From Antedon mediterranea (lineage: Eukaryota > Animalia > Echinodermata): 64,000 bases of DNA. Location of the stretch: NCBI RefSeq assembly GCF_964355755.1, contig NC_092675.1:5079812-5143811 (forward strand), given 5' to 3'. Position 1 is the first letter of the stretch; each line of letters begins with the position of its first letter. Of the stretch, positions 55,207 to 64,000 are shown one piece after another. A model generated the notes under the pieces. That model had not been told where the DNA came from. It did no database searches and saw only the letters and a program-made list of their open reading frames with translations. The translations under genes were made by a program, and so were the position numbers.

Positions 55207-56142
55207 GCCGGCTGGCGATTTTTTTTTTCGTACATAAGTTGGGGACCCCTCATGAAACGTCACAAAATAAACATGAATAATTCATCAGTTTAATTTGTTG
55301 TTCCGTGTGCACCCAAGCGTATAGCAACAAGAAGTGATTACACAACTGCGATACGATACTTTCTACAGTAGGCCTAGGATTCTAAGTCAATTCACGTGAT
55401 TGCCTTCGCGCACTCTTCTTCACACAAAATGTGTCGAGTCGAGGCTAAATCGACAGCTAGGCAAGACATTAAACTAAGTAGTAATTCATTGGACATAGCC
55501 CGAAGAAAGCTTAGACCCACAAGAATAAAGAATGTGTATAATTTGTGCAATGTATTTTTTTAATTCTGCTATTTTATTATCAAACAATATGCATGTACTC
55601 AAAGGAACTTTAAAAATGCGCGTATATGAACACATCAGATGGGAAGATTTGACTCACGAGAATAAAAAATGTATTTTTCTGTAATGTTTATTGTTTAATT
55701 TTGCTGACTTATTACTCGGATTGTGTCATACCAAAGATAGTTTGGTCATACCTAACACACACACGTCACACACACCCACACAGCTACTACTAGAATAGAC
55801 ATGGGTTTAGAGACTAATAATTAGGCCTAATAGTATTAATAGAAACTATAATTTTAACACGTAATCCTTTAGTAATAAATTATATTAAAAACACCATAAA
55901 CTAAAGGCTGATTATTTCGACAATCCACACAAAACGCCGCTATTCTGCTATGAAATCGCACGCCCCAACAACAGCGGAGATAGGCCTAGAATCGTACCGC
56001 ACTTGTGTAATCACTTCTTGTTGCTATACGCTTGGGTGCACACGGAACAAGAAAATTTAACTGATGAATTATTCATGTTTATTTTGTGACGTTTCATGAT
56101 GGGGTCCCCAACTTATGTACGAAAAAAAAAATCGCGGCCGGC
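55207..56142. mobile_element. Foldback / long-TIR non-autonomous DNA element
   Basis: ~150 bp arms (55207-~55356 and ~55991-56142) are near-perfect reverse complements around a ~630 bp non-coding core; no TSD seen. Confidence 0.8.
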
Positions 56143-56440
56143 TGTGTGCTTAATTATATCTACTGTAGGAGTGGTGGTAGCCTAGATTGATTACTAAATT
56201 GCATACGCAATAGCCTGTCTATCTTTAGATAGGCCTAGCACCCCTTTTTAAATTTATTAGGTTAGGCCTAGTAAGAGAGGCGCCCTAATTATAGTTTGTG
56301 ATGTAATTGTAAGTGCACATTTCTACACACCACTATCACTAAATAAAAAATTCATTATTTCAAGTTGTTCAACATGTTTATTTTATTTCAGAACCAGGTC
56401 TAGGGGTACAGTAGGCCTAGCCTAAGTAGCATCGAACAAT

Positions 56441-59026
56441 ATGGCTGGAAAAACGGATATGGAAAGACTTGGTCTCTTTCAAGAGATGGGATACACAACT
56501 ATAGGAGATCGATATGTTGGAGGAGGAAATAGTAAGTGTTTAGAAAAATATATATCTTTTATTTTGAATGAAAATATTAAATTTACAGATTTTAACTTGT
56601 ATTTTTTATTTTTTCAATAAACAATACAAAACCATTATTAATATGTAACAGACTTTCAGTCTTGACCATTTTTAAATGTCTTATTTTGCAGCATTCTTTC
56701 TGCTTGTGCTGTCATGACATGTACTGTGTTTACAGTAATATACATTTCTCTTTTATTTATCTATTATTAAACGTTATATTAAATTTTGATCATATGTGAT
56801 CTTTTTTTTTTGTTTTGTTTCATAGAATCATTTAATGTTTCTGCGCATAAGAACAAACAAATGTTACCCGGAGGATCAAAGACTAGATCGTCAAACCAGG
56901 TGGGCTATTTTGATTCCAAGTTTAATCGTGTGTTAGAAGGAGAAGCATACAGTGATCCAGTAAAGCGGAGACGGCAAGAAAGGATACAAAATTCAAAGAA
57001 AAACATTGGAAAAGCATTTCTGCCCAGCAATGGTGATAAAAAACCGTGAGTGCTTTGTTATTAAACAGTTGCTTAAAATAATTATGGTATTCTATAAAAA
57101 GTTTGGTCCAAAATACATATTAACAATCTGGTAAGATAGCAAATATTGTGTACTGTACATACCAGTAAATGAGTTTTTATGAGTATTTAATTAATTAAAA
57201 GATGTATAAAATTAGTTTTATTTATAAACATATTTCATTTTCTTTTACAGATCTGGAAATGGGAATCATTACGGTACATTTTCTGGTCCAGTATCAGCTT
57301 TTAGTCCGGTTAAGAAAGGAGGGAAGCAATATAAATCACCAGGAAAAAATGTTATTACCAACCCAGGAAAAATAGGAACTGGCTATGGGTATGTTATAAT
57401 TACTGTTAGATGTAAATGAAAAATATGAGTTAATTTTGTTTATATTCTTTATTGGTATTAAATCTATAAAATATTAGCAGTAATAATATTTGTTTACATA
57501 CTATACTGTACAATATGTATACAGTTCAATAATTTAGATGTTATTTTGTGCAGTTTTGTAGGTCTAACACTTGGCAAAGGTTACACATATTCGTCAAATC
57601 ATTTTGACAAAGGAAAAGAATTAAGAGTGGTAAGTAAGACATCAATAGTTAATTTTTCTATTTTATTGGTCTGATGTTTTGCTTAAAAGCGTAACAAAAT
57701 CTACTTAGCTTTTGGACACATACTTTGCAGTCAGGTAATATCACAATTGACGAAAATTGATATTGGTGTACAAATAGTAGTATCTTTTTTGGACCATATT
57801 TATTGAGGGTGATCCATCCAGCAATTGCTGATCATTAGGGACCCTCAGAGGTTCACAAGACAAACATATACACAACATGCTCTACATAAATAAAGTCTTA
57901 TTACAAGTCTTTGGGAGTGGAGTTGTAATCCTGACGTGTGACGGGACTTGAACCCAGAACCCTTGGAGTGGTAGCCAAGCATCATAAACACCAAGCCACA
58001 ACTCCACTCCATTCTTCTTCTTGTTCATTTATTAATAAATATATTTACCTTTATATCCTGATTGTATTTGCATTTCAGAGGGAATTAGATGACCACAAAA
58101 AGGCAATGAAAGGAGGATCATTCAAGTTAAATATGCACCCTAAGTCATATTTTGATGGTAATCCATATGTAAATGATAAGCCTCTTCCACCTGTCAAAAA
58201 ACAACCAAGTGTCAAAAAGGACTTTAAACCATTTAAACCAAGTTCACCTGCGAAAAAGGTAGAATTTTATTTTTACTTTTAAAACTTTACTTTACACACA
58301 TAACATAATGTATACTGAGTATGAGTATTTTTGGCTACAAACCTACTGAAAATAAATATTTCAATACATTGTTAGTTTGTTAAGGCTATGTACTGCCAAC
58401 AAATTAATACAATTTGCCATAAAATATCCTGTAATTTAATTAAGTCATATAAATATATTATTTATATAAATATTTTTTACTGAAATTATTTTAGATTGCT
58501 GGATCAAAAGCAGGGACCTTTGACCCTTACCCCTCGCATTCGGAGGATCCATACAGGATAAAGGTTATAAAGAAAGGACCACCATCAATGAACAGCAGCG
58601 GGAAAATATTCATGCCATCGCCAGGACCAAAAAGTGCGCCAACAAACTCAATTGTCACACAAAATGTTATAAGGTATGTGGAATGGTGTAGTACCAATCA
58701 AAAAAACTATTACAATAAAAACTAAATAAAAAAAAAATATTTACAAATAACCAAAATGGTACAGTACCAAAACTGTGACTGCATTATCTTGATCAAGACA
58801 AAGCTTTGCGCTGATTACTAGCTGCATTATGGGAGTATGTTTCCATACATGTTTGATGCAAAAATGACCGAGTAATAATGTTCAGCGCTTTAGAGGTTTC
58901 ACAACATTAGGCGCTATATAAATTATCTTCATTGGTTGTATAAAATATATCTTACATTTAATTTTTTTTTCTTGCAGACGAATAAATCGTAACAACTTTA
59001 TGGTTGCACAATCATCTTATTCTTAA
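56441..59026 (+). CDS. CFAP96: Cilia- and flagella-associated protein 96 (C4orf47/UPF0602), 310 aa
   Basis: Exons 56441-56531, 56826-57045, 57251-57388, 57554-57629, 58079-58258, 58495-58673, 58978-59026 (933 nt). GKTDMERLGLFQEMGYTTIGDRY, KNKQMLPGGSK, GYFD, EGEAY, KNIGKAFLPSNGDKKP match C4orf47 as recalled. Confidence 0.92.
57790..58010 (-). mobile_element. tRNA-derived SINE (family B) in a CFAP96 intron
   Basis: Minus strand: A-box-like TGGCTTGGTG, stem-loop ttgg-ctaccac-tccaa, B-box GGTTCAAGTCC; 3' stem-loop gagggt...caccctc then aataaa. Confidence 0.7.
58788..58925 (+). mobile_element. 5'-truncated SINE (family A) in the last CFAP96 intron
   Basis: gatcaagaca...ctagctgcattatgggagtatgtttccatac...agcgctttagaggtttcacaacattaggcgctatataaat matches the other copies. 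Confidence 0.8.
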
Positions 59027-61067
59027 TAAGGACAGAACAAATTGAAGTTATCATTTAGCCATTAACTACTGTACCAAAAATTAGTAAAACCAAAGCTCCT
59101 AAATGGATTATTAATTATGAAAACCACCTGTAAACTATGAACATTTCTGTATATTTTTATATTGTGTGTATTGTACTATTCGAAGTAATAAAGATGTTAA
59201 ATAAGTTAATATTTTGATAATATATCCTCATGGAATTACAAAGATCTTTAAAGTTTGCTGAGAGTCTTTAGGATATGACGGCTTATTGTTTATAGTGTTT
59301 CATAGTGTCAGTGATGATGAAACAAAAACAATACTTTGCTATCAGATTTTCTTCAACAATATCTGCTGATTATCTAAATCCAACCACTTGTTACTTTTGA
59401 CATAAATGTTCATATGTTAGTATAGTATATACCAGTCTGGTATAAAAGTGTTTTTAGATCAATATACAGTATTACTAATAGCCAATTACTATTAAATTAT
59501 TTAATTATTTAGCAAAGGATCTTCCATAATACCGTTTTCCAGATAACTTCTTAACATGCAATGTAATTTAAAATCACACCCAAAGCCCCATAGAACAAAT
59601 GTTAATGAAACTTTATCCATTTTATATACATACATGTAAATAAATCTTTGCACGGCGGCCAACTGCTTGAATTTTGCAATAAAATCCATGTGCTTCATAT
59701 AAAATGTTTTAAATCAATCAATCAATCAATCAAATAAACATTTATTTCTTTTATATTCATATTTGAGTAAAACATTATAATTTCTGATATTTTATATATA
59801 AATATTTTTTTTTAGAAATATAATACAGTAAATAATAATGTATAAAAAAAGATGATTCAGTTAATAAAGCCGCATTATATATAAATTAATAATAAATAAC
59901 ATAACTAATTTTTGTATCTTCTTCCGTGAATCTGTTATGTCACATGTAATTATGCAAAATTATTGTAATTGCTCGTTTTACATATTTAACATTGAATGTC
60001 TTCAGTATAGATTTCATATATATTTTATATATAAATTAATATTGTGAATTTTACTCTTAATGGAACACATTTGCTTATTTTGTGCTGTAATAAATATACA
60101 CTATTTGTTTTTAGCATATGCATTACTTTAGGGACTTGGTCTCCACATTGAAAAGTAATGGTAACAATTTAAACGATTTTAATAAATTAAACTAAGTAAA
60201 ACTGTAATTTTTGCATCAACGATCTCATTATTGTAAGGTTGTTCATTTTTCTTCTATTTACTCAGTACTGTTTTATTCTTTTTACTGTTTACTTGTGTTC
60301 ATGTAATTGTTGCTGTTCATTTCCACAAATATACAATATTCATTAATATCTTTGAAATATGATTACATTTATTTTAATATAAGGAACCATAAATTCAAAT
60401 AAATAACAAGTTTTCTTGAAATGGAAAAATTAATATAATAGGCTAAGTATATTAAAAAGCAAAATATACACTCTCTAATAATTAAATGTGCAATAAAAGA
60501 AATATATTTTATAGAAAAGAAAAATTTCTACAGTACACACAAAACTGTGTAAACCTAACCACTGTGATGAAAGAATTCAATACCTGGTTCAAATCCTGCA
60601 CTTTTTGTTCAGAAAATATTTATTTTTACAAAGGACACTTCTTCTATGGTGTTACCAACATATTCTTTATTAATATTTAATATCTTAAATTCATTCTAAA
60701 TGTATTTCATGACATTCTTATTTGTAGATGTTAGAGCAATGCTTAACTAATAATAACACATTTTAATTTACTATTAGATTGTGTCTAAAGTTTACTATCA
60801 GTATTTTCAAAGGAATAAATAAAATTTAATTTTTTATTTTAGAATAATTATGTACAGCACATGCAATTTAGTTAAACTATGAAACATAATAAACAAAATT
60901 ACTATAAATTGAACATATACAGTATTTTAAAAATAAATAATTGCTTAAAATAATTAATCATAATTTTAAGAAAGTAAAGAAAAACATTTAAAATTTATAT
61001 TATTTTCAAAATTCACAAGTATTGATATTTTCTTTTAAATAATTATAAATAACAATAATAATATCAT

Positions 61068-61531
61068 TAGGCAAGAGACCTTCACTTACATTTGCCTCTC
61101 CTCACCCAGGTGTATAAAATGGGTACCTGTTTTGTCAAGACACAACTTTGCGCCGATTACTAGCTGCATAGGAGTATGTTTCCATACGTTTTTTATTCAA
61201 AAAATGATTGGGGTAATATTGTGCATCGCATTGAGAGCTTGCTTAAATTCGCTATAATAATATCCTGGATTGATATAGCGCCTAATTTTGTGAAACCTCT
61301 AAGCGCTGAACATTGTTACCCCGATCATTTTTTGCATCAAACACGTATGGAAACATACTCCCGTAATGCAGCTAGTAATCGGCACAAAGTTGCGTCTTGA
61401 TCTAACCGGGTACCCATTTATACACCTGGGTGGAGAGAGGCAAACGTAAGTAAAGTATCTAGGATACAAGCAATGCGGCAGAGTTGGATTCGAACCGCGA
61501 TCTCACAATCCAACACACTGCGCCACACACC
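61068..61531. mobile_element. Tail-to-tail inverted pair of family A SINEs
   Basis: Plus copy ~61068-61255 (cacccaggtgtataaaatgggtacc core) abuts a near-full-length minus copy ~61256-61531 with A-box TGGCGCAGTG and B-box GGTTCGAATCC. Confidence 0.85.
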
Positions 61532-61981
61532 CTTACAAATATATATATATAAGAATGAACTATTATTGAAGGAAAGATAGTGATGTTATTACCTTATTAG
61601 TATTATCAATACATTTCAAATCAAAGATTAAACATGAATTAGCAAATATCCTTATCTTTTAATAAATAAAATTTGGACTACAGTACATAAGGTAACCAAT
61701 ATTTAATATCTATATAGGCTAAATTCCATTTTATAGTAACATACTATTTCCATAGTAATTTGTGAGAAAAAAAAGCGAAAATAGTGTTTACTGTGATTGA
61801 AAATGTTCATCTGGTTTGTAGGTATAAGTATATTGAAACTATTCCTTTTTCCAAACCAATAATTAGTAAAAACTAACCTTGACAGTTTCGCTGTCCTGAT
61901 CTGGTTTAAAAAAAAGTGTTTTAATGGTAAAAAAGAGTACCAGTGAACTGTACTAAGAAAATGTAATTATACTACTTTGTT

Positions 61982-64000
61982 TTATGATGCGGACAAATCT
62001 AATTCGAGTTCAAGCTCATCTAAGAAATCATCAAAGTCCTTCAAACTGGAATCCAATACGGTCTTTGCAGCATGTTCTACTGGTTTTGGAATGTCTTTTT
62101 TTATTGGCTGTGCATCAAATGTCTTTAATGTGGTTTGATTAGACACGGCTTCTGTTTCTCTAGCTGTTGTTCCAAAATGATTACCCACTGACACAGGAGG
62201 GGCGGCAATAACAATAGGTTCTGGTGTCATATCAGCATTTACAAAATTGCCTTCCCACGATGCATCATCCGATGACACAGTTTGATCTTTTCCACTGCTG
62301 TACGACTTTTCGTTAGGTGGGCTCGTATCTTGATCTCCAGTAATAAGCATACCTAAATTTAAAGATCGTGTATTTTAAAAGGTTAATATCAATTATTTCT
62401 TTAATCTTCGTCATGGTTTAAACATATTTTGATGACTTGGAGTAACAGTGGCTAGATTAAGTATGTTCTATTTAGTAATTTTTATAGATAAATTTACAGG
62501 TCAAAATAAACTCTTAACTGCCTGTTGATGAACTTAGAAGCATTTCTTCATACTGGATTAACGCATCAATGATGTGGACAGTGTAACCTATGGTAAATAA
62601 GAAATACATCTTTTACAAATTCAAGCCAATTTTTTTATTTTAAACCTACCATTTGCTCGTACAGCCAATGATCTTGCTTTCACAGAATCTAAAAACATTT
62701 CAAAATCATCTTGACCACCAGCTCTATAATGGAAATCAGATAATTAAATTCATAGTGACACCATTTAAAAAATAGGATTTTTTTTATTTATAGAAAAAGT
62801 GTTAATAAAACAAAAAGACATCAATAACTTCTTTCATTTTCAGAATAACGTGATAGCATAATTATACCACTGCCACTTGAATGTTATTGAGCCTGCTTTT
62901 TGTTTGTGCTACACTGTGAAACTGCAGCTTGGTGGAAAGTACAGTTCTATAATTGGTGGGTAGTGCCAATGGGACATGGTGGCAATTTATAAAAAAAAAA
63001 TTATATAAAAAGCATGTCTCAACCTAAAATTGATTTTTATACTCTTCAACATTTATTGAAATTTTAAAGACTACTGTTAATAAATATTACATACATTTCC
63101 CACTGGCTTTCATCCTCTCCCAGCCATGACTTCACTTGACCATTACTATTTGCCTTATGTTCATCATCAATCAATTTCTTTTGTCTTGCTATTCTTGAAG
63201 CTTCTCTTTTAGCTGCTATGAAAGCTTCCTCTTCTAGTTTTATCTCCTCCTCTTCTCTTTGTAACTAATATTTAAAAAACAAGTTTTATATTTTATTAAT
63301 AGTATTCTCCATCATAATTATTAAGAATTATAATTTTAGGACAGTACTGAAGTATCAAAAAAACATGCAAAATAAAAAAAGCTATCATATTTTCAGAACT
63401 GCAATTTTAAAAGTTAAAAAAAAAGTTAAAAAGTATAATGTGTGAATATTTATCAGTTTTTTTTCACATTTTTAGATCGTATGGGTAATAATACAATGTG
63501 AATCCATAAAAATTAATTAATATTTTATATGCTATGTTATGAAATTAATTTAGAACTCCAGCCAATTCAAATTAATAATAAAGTAGGTCATTATTGATAT
63601 ATAAATTAGAAACTATTTTACTTCGCCTTATCTTGAAAAACTTATCAGTTCTACAATTTGTCCATCAAACAATAAAAACAATTTTCGATGTGGACTATAC
63701 CCTTTGATCAATTTCTGCATCAATTTTTTTCTGGGCTGCTACTAAATCTCTATATTTATGGTCATTCAAAAGTTCCCTCTCTTCATATGTAATAATTGCA
63801 TTACCATCTGCTTGACAGCCATCCTGAAGAATAAAGTAAAATTCATCTTTTTTAATAACAGTTCATCCATCAGAATGCTTTTAAAAAAATGTAAAATGAA
63901 AATGAAATGAATGGGCAATCTATTTTGAATATGAATACATACATCTTCAATTAGGTTCTCAAATTCTATTCCTACATCACAATTTTGATACCTTCCACGA
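61982..64000 (-). CDS. AP1AR: AP-1 complex-associated regulatory protein (Gadkin), 3' portion; 5' end outside window
   Basis: Exons 64000-63943 (partial), 63823-63701, 63264-63095, 62723-62650, 62352-61982, phase-consistent. IEFENLIED, EEEIKLEEEAFIAAKREASRIARQKKL, GGQDDFE and SWEGNFVNADM correspond to recalled AP1AR motifs. Confidence 0.85.

Noticed and set aside
57914-58010. Functional tRNA gene
   Set aside because: Acceptor and D stems are irregular and it continues into a SINE body and tail.

Overview
AT-rich eukaryotic (invertebrate animal, probably echinoderm-like) genomic DNA with spliceosomal introns; no prokaryotic operons, CRISPR arrays or rRNA. The left ~37 kb is gene-poor: candidate phase-1 alternative first exons of a minus-strand gene leaving the window, tandem repeats (notably a 4 x 129 bp GC-richer minisatellite), MITEs, a Helentron-type element, SINEs and LINE remnants. 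The right ~27 kb holds five intron-containing genes reconstructed by hand from GT-AG sites and phase continuity: a mucin-like type I membrane protein (+), an unannotated 12-exon single-pass receptor-like protein with a 10-tyrosine cytoplasmic tail (-), an MZB1/pERp1-like ER chaperone (+), CFAP96/C4orf47 (+, with an RFX X-box upstream) and the 3' part of AP1AR/Gadkin (-). Gene names come from remembered motif similarity, not database searches.
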